A stretch of 64,000 nt of DNA, taken from contig NC_043015.1 in NCBI RefSeq assembly GCF_006345805.1, forward strand, positions 20,336,001 through 20,400,000, in the 5' to 3' direction. Each line of letters opens with the position of its first letter. The stretch's first letter is position 1. Below, one piece after another: positions 13,593 to 27,199 of the stretch. Below the pieces are notes generated by a model. It was not told the DNA's origin. It saw only the letters and a list, made by a program, of their open reading frames with translations, and made no database searches. The stretch is from Octopus sinensis (Eukaryota). A program made the translations under genes and the position numbers.

Positions 13593-14294
13593 TTGGTATC
13601 CAGAAGACCCAAGGTGGCAGGTAAGGCTATGTAAGTGCTATGGAGGGACCGTAGTTAAACTCGGTTCGATAATGATACGAGTGAGGAGTCTAATTCGGGT
13701 TTTGTATGAGCATGTATATGTTAAATAAAATCAGACAACAAGGCCTCATATTGAACTCTAATATTTCCCCTTATTTAACCATCTCACATCGTCTCTGTTG
13801 AAGGGATATCCCTAATATCCCAGAAACAGCTGTAAGACTAACTTTCTCCTTATAAATATCCTGAAAATTCCACACACCTTTTGGCTTTGTTGTTTCATTT
13901 TATTTAACTCAAACACATATGAATGTACAAGTATATACACATGTTTAAAGAATATATACATATGTGTGTACTTGAGTGTGTGTGTGAGTATTTTAGAAGT
14001 CTCTATTGCAACATCCTTGTTAAAAAAGTTGTCAACAGTCAAGTGTCAATTTTGATATAGTTGTGAACGTGTTCCTCCCATAAGGTTCCAAATGACGTCT
14101 GATTATTTTTTAACTTCCTTTATACATGCGCATATATGTGTGCGTTTGTGTGTGCGCGCGCATGTTGTTTGTATTTGTGTTGTTGGTGTCTCTAACTTTG
14201 CTTCAGAGTCAGAGAGTTATCAAATCCTAATAACGAAGCCGTTTTCTATAAATGCGCGCGCGCGCGTCTACGCACGCACGCACGCGCACACACA

Positions 14295-14340
<46 letters not shown>

Positions 14341-14740
14341 CACACACACAAATATACGTACATATATAAACTACATAGATATCTGAAAATCCATAATATT
14401 TATGCGTGGATACATTTTGTAAGTATACATCTATGCACACAGATACATACATACCAATATATATATATATATATATACCCATACACAAACGCACTCACAT
14501 ATGTAGGTTAACTGCTCTAAAAACATTATTAGCCTACTTAGAATAAAAATGAAATAGAAATATTAGCAGCGAACACGATTAAAAAAGTCAATCTCCAAGG
14601 AAGAATCATTTCTGTATCACAGTTCAGTAGTTTATTTTATACGAATGATTTTATGAAAAATCTTTATGTGCAACTTTTGTAAGGCTTGCAGTACGCTTTT
14701 GGAGTCTTGTTCGAGTGAAGGTGTTCCATTGAAAGTTATT

Positions 14741-14832
14741 TCATAGATATGTTTGTAGATGGTATATATAACTGTCTAATGTGGTGTGGGTGATCTTGTG
14801 TGTGAATAACTGTGGGAATAACTGCCGTTGTC
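14741..14832 (-). CDS. Candidate terminal exon joined to 14940-15099
   Basis: Acceptor tactttacacAG after a 107-nt intron. The phase is compatible, giving (G)QRQLFPQLFTHKITHTTLDSYIYHLQTYL*. AATAAA lies on the minus strand at 14631-14636. Confidence 0.25.
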
Positions 14833-14939
14833 CTGTGTAAAGTATATTAGACTTATCAATCAAGACGGGTGCAGGAAAAAATATAAAGACGGCTGGCAAG
14901 ATAGTTTAATTTCTTGCATTAAGAAAGCGCCACGCTTAC

Positions 14940-15099
14940 CATTTTGAGCACTGTAATACAACACGGATCTGTTGAAGGCAAAATCAAATAATTGAAAAAG
15001 TTCTTCCATTTTTAGGTAATTAGCTATTACACATGCCTCACCAAACCGCTTCTCATCAAAGCTCAAGACTGCGTCTAAATCAACACATCCATCTCTGAC
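14940..15099 (-). CDS. Candidate exon of unknown protein (phase 0-1)
   Basis: Boundaries are tttctAG| and AATG|GTAAGC. The 160 nt are open: VRDGCVDLDAVLSFDEKRFGEACVIANYLKMEELFQLFDFAFNRSVLYYSAQNG. No family recognised; it could be decayed transposon coding sequence. Confidence 0.35.
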
Positions 15100-15337
15100 C
15101 TAGAAATTGACATCATCTTACTCAGCCGTTAAACCATCAGTTGAAAAAACAATGATGAAGAAGCATTGATGTTTGTATTCGTGCAAGCTATGTGAATGAG
15201 ATTAGCAACTTCATCAAAGCATGGCTGGACACAAAACACACAACACACATTTACAAAGCTATAGGCGTATCAATAATGTTGCACACACGCAAATACATAT
15301 ACACCTGTATGCACATTGGTATGAATGTATCTCTCTC

Positions 15338-15395
<58 letters not shown>

Positions 15396-15583
15396 ATATA
15401 TATATATATGAGTACATTTAAGCAGAGAGAGGCAGAGAGTGAGACAAAAAAATAATTACAAACATATAAAGAAATAAGAGAAAAATGAATTGAATCAGTT
15501 TGATGGTAATTGGGGAGAAAATCGAATATCTGAGGAATTCCGCTGTGTGTGTGTGTGTGTGTGTGTGCATATATGTATGAATA

Positions 15584-15671
<88 letters not shown>

Positions 15672-16159
15672 GTATATATATATATATACGTAGATGTGTG
15701 TGTGTATATATATGCGTATGTAAGTATGTACAGAAATGTATATTTTTGCACTTTTTACGTCCAGTTTCATCGTAAATAAACAAAGGAATTTTCCATCAAA
15801 TTGCTGAGACTAATCAAGTGTAAGGAAGAAGGAAAGTAACGAAGACTCAACGGATGCTATAACTTCGTTACATTGCTTCAGATATGCTTCTTTTTCTTTC
15901 TGCTCCTCAGACAACTGTTTGTGTTTTGGTGCTAAGATATATAAATCTCTAAATAACATAACTATCCAAACTGCATAGGAACGATTTGTTCACGACTGGA
16001 AATTTACTAGCTCGTATATACCCATGCATGTATGTATGTATGTATGTATGTATGTATGTATGTATTTGCATGCATGCATGCATGCATGTATGTATGTATG
16101 TATGTATGTATGTATGTATGTATGTATGTATGTATGTATGCATGTATGTATGTATGTAT

Positions 16160-17070
16160 CTTCTGTTTTTTTAAAATTATTATAAATCTTCCACTGAGGA
16201 GGGAGCCGGTTTCCAACAAAGATACAAGGCTCCATCTTTGGGATGTAGTTAAAAAATTCATGACATGTGGAACTTGAGAAAAGTCTTGCATATTTTTACT
16301 GTTCCACTCACATATTGCACTTGTAATGAACGAATCAGCCGGTCAATTTCTCTTTCTGAAAATCCCAGTTTATCCAGATACTCCTTTAAGCATTTACTAA
16401 CAAAACCCAGTGCTGCAATTAATATTGCTATGAATATGAATTCATAGTCTGGATATAGAAGCTGGAGGTTTCGAAGCAGTTGTCCATAGATATCCTCTTT
16501 TTCTTTGATTTTCAAAGAGATATTTATATCTGTAGGGCAGCTAATTTCTATGATGGTACATACTTTTGCCCCTCTGTCCCAAACAACAGTATCCGTCCTG
16601 TTATGTTTACAATGGACAAAAGTTTTGATGGGAATATTCTACCAGTATTCAATGAGTTGGTGTTTATGAATGTATTCCATAACAGAGGGATTTTCTAAGT
16701 TTATTTCAGGACAGTCTTTCTTGCAGATGGCATTGTAAATTGTTTTAGCGACAATATTGTGCTGCATAGGGAGGGAGTACCGTGATGACATTTTAGGACA
16801 GCTGCTAATCACATATGTGATGTCTTCTACGGAAAGATGGCGTAGTCTACACATACGGTTGCACCTTAGGATTACAAGAGAATCAGTGTCTCTCTTGTTC
16901 ACCAGTTACTTTGTGGTAATTGCGTATTCCTAGATTGCTAACGCATAGCCCTCAAAGTGTGATGTGATGTAGTGGTCATGTGTCCAAGAGAGGCTACGCT
17001 TCGTGTCAATTCTACTGTCTTCAAGCTTCCGGGCAACATACCCATGCATAGTCTTTTTTTTTGTATGCCA
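16160..17070 (-). mobile_element. 3' fragment of a restriction-like-endonuclease non-LTR element (R4/Dong-like) with (TACA)n tail
   Basis: CR.C...EDITYVISSCPKM zinc knuckle, HNRTDTVVW..IIEISCP (PD..E nuclease region) and IAALGFVSKCL...SGTVKICKTFLKF*. The 3' UTR runs into the (TACA)n array at 16027-16158. Confidence 0.85.
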
Positions 17071-17689
17071 AGTGTTTTCCACCCTGGTCTTCTCTGAGGT
17101 AAGAGAACCCAGCTGTTTTGTTTGTGTGTATGAGAGCCCAACTGTATGTATGTATGTATCTCTGTGTTTGTGTATGTCTTTTATGTCTTGTGTTAGTCAT
17201 TGTATTGCGGCCATGCTGGAGCACTGCGTTGAAGGGTTTTATTCGAACAGATGGACCACAGTACTTATATTTTTAAAAGTCTAACACTTATTCTATCCGT
17301 CTCTTTTGTCGAACCACTAAGTTACGGGAACATAGAGATATAGCCGAATATCACTTTTGCTTCTCCCTTTTTCTGGGTCGATTCGATGAAGTGTCAGGCT
17401 AGTACACGGGTCGATTCTTCTTCCTTCTGTACCTCACCGCTTTCGTTCTTATCCTGTAACGAATCAGATCTACTCTGAAGTTTAGAGTGATTGGCTTTGC
17501 AAGGTTTTACCATGCCGAAATTGCACAATATCTCACGGTGGCACTGCAAGAATGTTGCTTATGTTGATGTTGTTGCTTCGGCAGGGGTTAAATTTGATGG
17601 AGCACACTCTTATGATCAAAGAGATTTGCTGTTTTGACGATCTTGTTCTTCAACCTTCCTGTGTTTTAGGAATACAGCAATCACTCACC

Positions 17690-18176
17690 ATATCACGGAA
17701 TTTTCTGGCTAATATGTGTAAATTTATATCGCGGACTCCTCAGTATATCGCGGGTTTCTGCGGCCGATTTGTATTTATATTATTTTAGATTTTAATTATT
17801 TCTGTGGCAAAATAAACATTTTCATGCCTGAAATTTAATAAATTAATAAATAAAAGTAGAGTACAGTACTGCATTGTATAACACATTAATTAAGATATAT
17901 TAAAAGAAAATACGTAGTGTACCGTAGATGAGTAAACAAAGAATCGCATATACTGTATGGAAAACGAAACTTGGGAGGCAAAAAAGACACGGGTACTCCT
18001 AAGAATGTGGGGGGGGAGTTTATAAAAGCTTAAATATATTAAAATAACAAAATAAATATATGCAAATTATAAAAATCATTAAAAAAAATACAGTACTGTT
18101 TCTACTTCGTGGATTTTCATCTATTGCAAGCGGGTGGTTGGAACGTAACACCCGCGATAGTCGAGGGATTACTGTA
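17690..18176. mobile_element. Tigger/pogo-type terminal fragment
   Basis: The right end ccgcgatagtcgagggattactg-ta is a CAGTAATCCCTCG-type TIR. Sub-terminal atatcgcgg motifs lie near 17690-17760; the left boundary is uncertain. Confidence 0.45.
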
Positions 18177-20283
18177 CGATCGCAAACGAGTACTTTATCA
18201 AATCACTAATACTGCAACACGTGATTAAAGGCGACTTAATTACTCCATTTAACTGGTCGAGTGACCGCGTAGAATCACTGAAGTTGAGTGAGCAATGTTC
18301 TTGTTTAGCTCCAAACCAGTGCACACGATGTAAGAGAGTCCATCTATGACCACCCTGTTATTCTGTCAAGCATTTCACATGTGGGACTACATTATGGGAC
18401 AAGTCCCTCTCTATTTAAGTTAATGGAATGTGCTGTGAGGGAGATTTGGTTGCTATTACTAAGAAATTGTGTGATCACGTGGTGGCTGTGTTGTTGTTTT
18501 ATCTGTTTTGTTGTGTACTTCAGTTCTGTGACCTTTAACCTTTGAAATAATTAAATTCATGTCTTACTTTTAGAATAACAAAACAATTCTCAAAATAACA
18601 TTCTTTGTTTTGAATCATTAAAAAAATTTGGCACGGATTCTCTGCAGGAGGCCAAGCGAAATACTAAAGGAATATTTGATTGTTTTTCAATACAAGATAA
18701 TACCAGAAAATATCCCCACCCCTAAAAATCAAAAGTATTATGGAAAATAGAACAAAAATATTAAAAAGAAGAAACAAAAAGTTGAAATTTAATTTAAAAA
18801 CAGAAAACAAAAATAACTATGTACATAAATTAAAAATAATATATATAAATACGTAATGTGAATACATAAATTGCAGGCACACTCGTCTGTTAATGAAACT
18901 CGCCGAATAACCACAGACACCTTGGTTCGAATCCAAATATTGACACCTGGGGCAAATTTGGGTTGGCCAATGCAAAATGCCTTGCGAGTGGATTTGGTAG
19001 ATAGAAACTGTGCGGAAGACCACCATATATATATATATATGTACACACATACATACATACATACATACATACTCGGTGAGAGAGAGAGGGAGAGTATGGG
19101 ATATATATATATATATATATGCTTTTGTAACATTCAAACCCCAAAGAATCCCTCTCAACATATGCCTATGATCCTCCTCCACTACTCCTGTTCATGTTCA
19201 GAGGTGCACATATTGTCAGCCACTAATGGATATGCTCAAGTGGTTAAGGTCAAACAACTGACACACAAATCTGTGGTATTGAGCAGAATATTTACTATAA
19301 CGATATTTCTGCTTCAGCAACTCAGCACTGAATCTGTCTGAAATGTAATGGAAAATAGGTCAGTGGCAAAACATTGATGTCCAGGTAAGGAAAGCAAAGT
19401 TTTAAGACAATAGTAGTAATTTCCTTTGATTTCTAATTAGAAGCAGATAGGAAATAACACTGACTAAAAACAAAAAAATGTTACACGGTGTTTCTATTTC
19501 GTACAGACCCGAAAAAAAAATGTACCAATCACGTTCGTAGCTTCGATATAATTGAAAACTTCTGTCTTTCTTAGAAGGTAGTATTTAAGACGCGTTTCCT
19601 TTTCATCGTACTACGGTCAATACCCAGTTATGAAGTGGAGGACTCCATAGCGTTTCGCTTAAGAACAAAACGCACCGCCTGCTTCGGAATCGAAATGATG
19701 ACCTTGCAACCGTCAGTACAACACACTAACCATTAGGCTATGCGCCTTCATTATAAAATCAAATCAAGTGACAAAGAATTACTGGAATACATATATTCAA
19801 CAGTTATCTCCCCTCAAATGATTTAATCTTCAGTTTGTGTGAGGACAGAAAAAGGTAACTGTTTACCCGAATATTTATTTAACTGAAGATTTGGCAAACA
19901 AACTCTTTTATATGTTTGTTGTTTGTTTTATTTCGTCCTACTAGTTTATATCAAATTTAATCTATTATTACTGTCAACCAATTACACATTATCTTTGATA
20001 ATAATAATTCTAAAATGATATTATCAAAGAAGATATTATTTTTCTTCACATCTATAATTTGAATTCGTCTGGTCACAGTCATAAACTTCACGTATAGTGT
20101 TGCTGTTATTTTCGTTGTTTATTTTTTTCCGATATTTTTGTTATTTTTATTTGTGATGGCATTAGTGTTGTTGTTGTTATTGGTGACGTCGGTCTTATTA
20201 TAGATTTCGTGATTTATCATTCCATCTTGTAAAATATTTATCAACTAATCGACTCGAATACCAATTATTAATAAGGTCTAGTG

Positions 20284-20333
<50 letters not shown>

Positions 20334-20673
20334 GGTTGTATGTGTACACACACGCACACATATATGTGATACAATTATCTATCCATCTTTTTGAGATGTT
20401 TCTCTATGGCATAATATTACAGCTAGTGCCGTTTCATGTCATATTCTCTCTCTCATTCACTCTCTCTTTCTCACACAAACACACATTCTCTCTCTCCTCC
20501 TTTCCCTCACACACGCACATATACGTATATATATCGTGATATCGTGTATGTATTTGTGTGTTTAAAATTCTGTGTTTTGCTCGTTTAGACCCTGTGTTAG
20601 ATTGACGTCCCGTATTAAAGCTTGAACGACTTTAGATAGAAAACGATTGTGTGGACCTTTAAAATAATATATC

Positions 20674-20728
<55 letters not shown>

Positions 20729-20997
20729 ATATATTATATATAAGTGAAACTCCGTACTCCTAATTCGATTGAGTCACTACATATGAAAGCAGTCCACGCT
20801 GATTGAACACGTTGAAAGAAGACAACAAATTGTGTGTATCAATTTGTTTATTTATCAATCTAGCTATCTAACAGATTTTAATTTTATTTAAACTCAAAGC
20901 AATGTGAGTAATATCATCGCCTTGTTTTATTTTTGGCTGAAAATTTTTTAAATGTTTATCTACATCAGACAGTGTTTCATACGAATTATGCTGGAAT

Positions 20998-21378
20998 GAC
21001 TGTGTGATAAGTAGCTTGCTTACCAACCACATGGTGCCGAGTTCAGTCCCACTGCGTAGCACCTTGAGTAAGTGTCTTCTGCTATAACCTTGGGCCAACC
21101 AAAACCTTGTGAGTGACTTTGGTAGACGGAAACTGAAAGAAGCCCGTCGTATGTATATATATGTGTGTTTATGTGTCTGTTTGTCCCCGAACATCGGTTG
21201 TGAAGCGATGTTGGTGTGTTTACGTCCCCATAACGAAGCGGTATGGCAAAAGAGACCGACAGAATAAGTACCAGGCTCACATAGAATAAGTCCTCAGGTC
21301 GATTTGTTCGACTAAAGGCGGTACTCCAGCATGGCCGCAGTCAAATGACTGAAATAAGTAAAAGAATAAAAGAATATA
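20998..21378 (+). mobile_element. SINE family A, full length
   Basis: gagttcagtccc B-box, internal (AT/GT) tract and tail ggcggtactccagcatggccgcagtcaaatgactgaaa. Confidence 0.8.
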
Positions 21379-21533
21379 CAATATATTATTCTTTTGCCAT
21401 ACCGCTTGGTTATGGGGACGTAAACACACCAACATCGCTTCACAACCGATGTTCGGGGACAAACAGACGCATAAACACACATATATATACATACGACGGG
21501 CTTCTTTCAGTTTCCGTCTACCAAATTCACTCA
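21110..21533. repeat. Local inverted duplication, 143-bp arms (21110-21252 and 21391-21533)
   Basis: The arms are near-identical reverse complements; the ORF track shows the same MFGDKQTHKHT peptide on both strands. Confidence 0.85.
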
Positions 21534-21967
21534 TATATATATATTTCGGGATGATCATATTTTGTTTGTCAAATAGACACACACTATATTTTTGTTCTTC
21601 ACTCGATTATGACTGTTCTTATTTTAACTTATGTCCATTGTCTGATATTTCATTACACATCTGTGACCTCATCAGCGATCCTGGCTAGAATGAACTAATC
21701 AGAGCAGGAGGATACACGTGGATGGAAAGGGTCACTGAGAGGTCACAAACGTGTGACAAAATATTTCCAGACGATAGAGATAAGTTAGAAAAAGAACCAT
21801 AATAAACGAGCGAAAAATGAATATATAGTGTCTATTTGGCAAAAAATGAAAGAAAAAGAAAATAGAAAATTATGACCATCCTGAAATATAAGAATATCTG
21901 TTTCAATACACGGTTTCACTTCGGGAATCTTGTAACACTAATTCATTAACGTATGTGTATGTGTGTG

Positions 21968-22012
<45 letters not shown>

Positions 22013-22238
22013 TATGTGTATGTGTTTTTGTGCGTATACATAAACACACAATAGAGTTAAAACAATGGACAATGGCAATTCAACCCATGGTACACGTGTT
22101 TCAGTAGCAAGGTACCTTTATTGTTTATATGTGATTTACGGCATACGTAAGGGAAATCCATTCTCTTAGCCTCTCATATGCTGGGAGTTACTGAAGTAAT
22201 AATAAGGATCAATGTGGTTATAACCAATTTCTCTCTTG

Positions 22239-22275
<37 letters not shown>

Positions 22276-22467
22276 ATAATATATATATTATATATATGTA
22301 AATATATATATACACATATATTATAATATATATAAATATATATATACATACATATTATATATATATATATATATGTATGTAAATATATATACATAATATA
22401 ATTATATAATAGATATATATATGTAATATATATATACAAATACATATATATATAGATATATGATATA

Positions 22468-22514
<47 letters not shown>

Positions 22515-22533
22515 AATATATATACACACATAT

Positions 22534-22578
<45 letters not shown>

Positions 22579-22600
22579 AATATATATATACACACAAATT

Positions 22601-22636
<36 letters not shown>

Positions 22637-23078
22637 AATAATACCTATCTGTCATGCGCAAAAACTGCAGTGCTACTCCAATTTACCGAAACTATTTATA
22701 TTCCACGTATCGTCAAAATGGCTGGCTCGTCCTATTTAGAAGGTCCGAAACAACCCAAGATATATGTCGATAAAAAAACTACCGAACAACTTACAGCAGT
22801 ATGGAAATATTTTTGTATATCTGCTGAGAGATAACACTTTTTGCAGTCATATAATTTATTTATCAACGTAAATAAGAGAAGGTCTAGTGTGCAAATTATC
22901 GAGAAGACAGCTGAGTCTGACTGTTTGTCTGCTATGAAGCACTCGTGTGACGATCGCCGCCATGTCTGTTTCTAGCTTCCTTAGAGAATATTAAGTATCT
23001 TTGTTGTTGGAGGTGAGGCTTGTTCTGTTGATTTTATCAGTGATCTGCTGAGATTTAATTCGTAAATTTTACACATGG

Positions 23079-23124
<46 letters not shown>

Positions 23125-23486
23125 AAGAGAGAAAGAGAGAAAGAGAGCAGGGGAATTTAAAGTGTGTTGGTATGCGTTACATGTGGTGGATATTAAATGT
23201 GTAAATAACACACTACAAGCGTAAAATCAGTTAATTTTAATAACATTATTAATAGTAATTTCGAAGTGTCGGTGGTCTCCTACAACGTCATCTACATCAA
23301 CACCCCGCCTATTGGGAGTTTTAAATTGTTTAATTTTAATTGTTTTTATATTGTTCACACGTTGCAAAACCCTTTGTATCATCCTGTTTTTGTGTCTTAT
23401 GCTGTTATATGCCTCTTAATGTAATTTTATATAAGACCTTGTGGCCAATAAACGAATTAATTATTATTATGATTATTATAATTGTT

Positions 23487-23902
23487 AAGACGGCGAGCTG
23501 GCAGAATCGTTAGCGTGCTGACCGAAATGCTTTGCCCGTTCTGAGGCGCTTTAAGGACCTCGTGGAAAAACGCACAGAAGCCACGGGCGCCTGAACAACA
23601 GGGCACGAGCCCATCTCTTTTTGTTTATAGGTGCGCGCTCAGAATTAGTCTTTTCACACTGGCCATTCTTCCAGCATTCACCTAATGCGAGCTGACAGAA
23701 TCGGTAGCACGCCGGTAAAAATACTTAGCGACATTTCGTCCGTCATTACGTTCTGAATTCAAATTCCATCGCGGTCGACTTTGCTTTTCATTCTTTCGGG
23801 ATCGATAAATTAAGTATCAGTGAAACACTGGAGTCAGTGAAATCTACTATCCCCCTCTCCCAATTTTCTGGCCTTATGCCTAGATTATTATTATTATTAT
23901 TA

Positions 23903-23950
<48 letters not shown>

Positions 23951-24350
23951 GTTATTGTCATTAAGGCAGACGAGCTTGGCAGTATCGTTAGCACGACGGG
24001 CGAAATGCTTAGCGGTATTTCGTCTGCCGTTACGTTCGAGTTCAAATTTCGCCGAGGTCGACTTTGCCTTTCATCCTTACGAGGTCGATAAATTAAGTAC
24101 CAGTTACGCACTGGGGTCGATGTAATCGACTTAATACCTTTGTCTGTCCTTGTTTGTCCCTTCTATGTCCCTGTGGCTAATAAAGAAATAGGTATTTCTC
24201 CCGTTGCTACGTTCTGCGTTCAAATTTCGCCGGGGTTGATTTTGCCTTTCATCCTTTCGGGTTCGACAAATTAAATACCGGTTGAGTACTGGGGTCTATG
24301 TTATCCACTTGTCCCCCTCCCCAAAATTTCCGGCTTTGTGGCTATAGTAG
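23487..24350 (+). mobile_element. Cluster of SINE family B copies separated by (ATT)n
   Basis: Heads at ~23487, ~23695 and ~23962, with the same core. Confidence 0.75.
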
Positions 24351-24377
24351 AAAGGATTATTATTATTATTATTATTA

Positions 24378-24427
<50 letters not shown>

Positions 24428-25029
24428 GATGCTGTCCTAGTCAGGTGTCTTTTTAGGTTGCTCCTCGAAGCGAAGGATTTTTATTGCATGGAATAAGAAT
24501 TTTATTGAACTTTATCGCCGACGAATAGTTTAAAAAAAGTTTCGAGTCCATCCATGATTTAGACAAAGAAATATAAAGTTTCTTTCGTCTGTTATGGTTT
24601 TTTTTTTAGAGAATTTTTCTTTTAATTTGTTGTTTATATTGTCTGTACAAAGAAAAATATAGCTACAAAATTTCCGAGCAACGCCCCCGAAAAGAAAAGT
24701 CATAAAGAACAAAACAACACATTTTCTAAACAGAAAAGCAAAGAAAAAATATTGGACCAGTCATTTAACTGTATGGCCAGATATAAATATTGAAGATGAA
24801 CAAAGGGAAAAAAACAGTATTTGAACAGCCAAAAATACTAGTTTGGATACCTGGAGTTGAAATGTTGTCAACGACGACGATAGCAATGAAAATAATTGTA
24901 ATACACACATACATATATACACTTTCTGACGAACGAAAATATATCCAGTTTTCCGCATGGCAACGCCGACTTTGCCTGTATACTAAACAAAATGTTATAC
25001 TGGGTGTGGCTTGAGCAAATAATATCTCT

Positions 25030-25352
25030 ATCTTTTACTTGTTTCAGTTATTGGACGGCGGCTGTGCTAAGGCATCTCCTTGAAAGATTCTACTCAAATA
25101 GATTGACACACCCTGTGCTTATTCTTAAGTCTGGTGCCCATTTTATCGGTGAATTTTGCCAAACTGCTAATTTACACTGGTTGTGAAGCGATAGGGGACA
25201 AACACAGAATCAAGGGCACAAATACATACTTGACGAGCTTCCACACAGTTTCCGTCTATAAAATTAACTTACGAGGTATAAAGTGGCCTGCCCAGTGGCC
25301 GCGTAATGGGACTGAAACCGAAACCACGTGATTGGTAAGAGAGCTTCTTAAG
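25030..25352 (-). mobile_element. SINE family A
   Basis: Reverse-complement head (gggactgaaaccgaaaccacgtg) and tail. Confidence 0.65.
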
Positions 25353-25889
25353 CACATTTTCTGAAAATGGCAACATATCGATAACAGCTCAGAGCTTGCC
25401 TATACATGCGAGTACACACACACGCAGACACATAGGTGTGTGTGTGTGTGTGTGTCTTCACTACTCGACTGCTTGAGAAATATTGTCCCTTTGTTACCGT
25501 CTCGGTCAGTTAGCGGTGCGGTAAAGCAACCGTCTTCAATGGTTGGCACGGCACCGTTTAATTATGAATAGGTACACCTGTGAATACTGCAGTTCACCAT
25601 GTGGCCTTATACGTTATTGACGGAAAGGTTTGGTACTGCAAGCTTTGTAAAACACGAAAATCAATCCATCACTGGTCATACTTTGACAAAAGCCATGTGC
25701 CCCAGTATAACATCCTTTTAATTATTTACTGTTGGTAACGCGATATGTCATAAAATGATACGATGTATGAATCTTCCGTACAAAGTAGAACTACGATCAT
25801 AGATTGGAGTAACTTCTGTTGAGCAATATGTCATGCTTTGCTCGAACAAAATTCAATGCATGTTGGCGACAGCGATGCTAGTGTGCAAC

Positions 25890-26262
25890 CAGTAGTTGTG
25901 GAGATAGTTCAAAAGACTTCTGTTTCCAGTGGGAGTGAGCATGCACTGTCAATCAGTAGGTCCCAAGTGCATTCACTGTAAGTAACTGGGCTTCATCTGA
26001 TGGAACCCTGCTTTTCTCACGGCCAGCTCTATGCTGGTTGTTCAAGGGTTGGGAATGGAAACAAGCTGTTTTCACTGACCCCGAATGGGAAGACCAAAAA
26101 TGTTGTTTATCGTGTAGCTTTGCAATAAGTTCCAAATAGACAAATTGTATCATCGTTATACTCAATGCATGAACAGTCATTGTTGGGCCGAAGGCCCAAT
26201 GAAGAGTCCTCCGCAGGAGCTAGCTTAAAAGCCGCCCCAAATGGTGGATTTTAAGATAGCAT
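25890..26262 (+). mobile_element. Helitron 3' end (PIF1-type helicase C-terminus plus terminal hairpins)
   Basis: FKRLLFPV...EPCFSHGQLYAGCSRVGNGNKLFSLTPNGKTKNVVYRVALQ*, followed by hairpins TTGGGCC-GAA-GGCCCAA and CTCC-GCA-GGAG-CTAG. Confidence 0.85.
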
Positions 26263-26475
26263 ATATATACATATATATATATATATATGAAGGAATTATT
26301 TCAGTTTCCGTCTACCAAATCTACTCACAAGGCTTTGGTCGGCCCGAAATTATAATAGAAGACACCTGCTCTTGGTACCACGCAATGTAACCGAACCCGG
26401 AACCATGTGGTGGGGAAGTAAGCTTCTTACCACACAGTCACGCCTTGCAGTGTATGTATGTATGTATTATATGTA

Positions 26476-26543
<68 letters not shown>

Positions 26544-27119
26544 GATGGCAGAACGACAATATAACAGGCGCTGATGGTAGCGGCACATGCAGCCTCCACT
26601 CCGCATGTGGGAAGCCGCTTTTCTTCATGATCTTTGGATTCGAAGTATTGCCATTATCCTAATACTAAATTATGAAATACGTTACAAAATACACACTTAG
26701 GAAAATTACTGTATTTATATAATAAATATTTACTGATTATTAGATTTTCAAGAAAATTACTAGTTTGTATCGTCTCTAAAAAGCAATAGTTAATGGGAAA
26801 TGGTATATCTTTACTTCATTTAAGATTCATGAAGCTAAATAGAGTTCAGTTAGTATAAAAATAATTAAATCAATAATTTGAAGTTCCCTAGAGGTGGCAT
26901 AATTTATGTAAATAGGTAAATATCTACAATAATAAAATATCTCTAAAGTTAACAAAGAATCACGTGGTCGATGTACTGCGTAAAAGGTGTAGGAAAAGGA
27001 ATAATTATTACTGTGTCAGATCCCGCGTAGGACACGTGAGAAAAAAAAAAGAAAACGGTTGTAATTAATGGGTTTGAGCGGAAGACTAATCAATGGTAAA
27101 TGATTGTAAAGAAGGAACC

Positions 27120-27151
<32 letters not shown>

Positions 27152-27158
27152 GAGAGAT

Positions 27159-27199
<41 letters not shown>

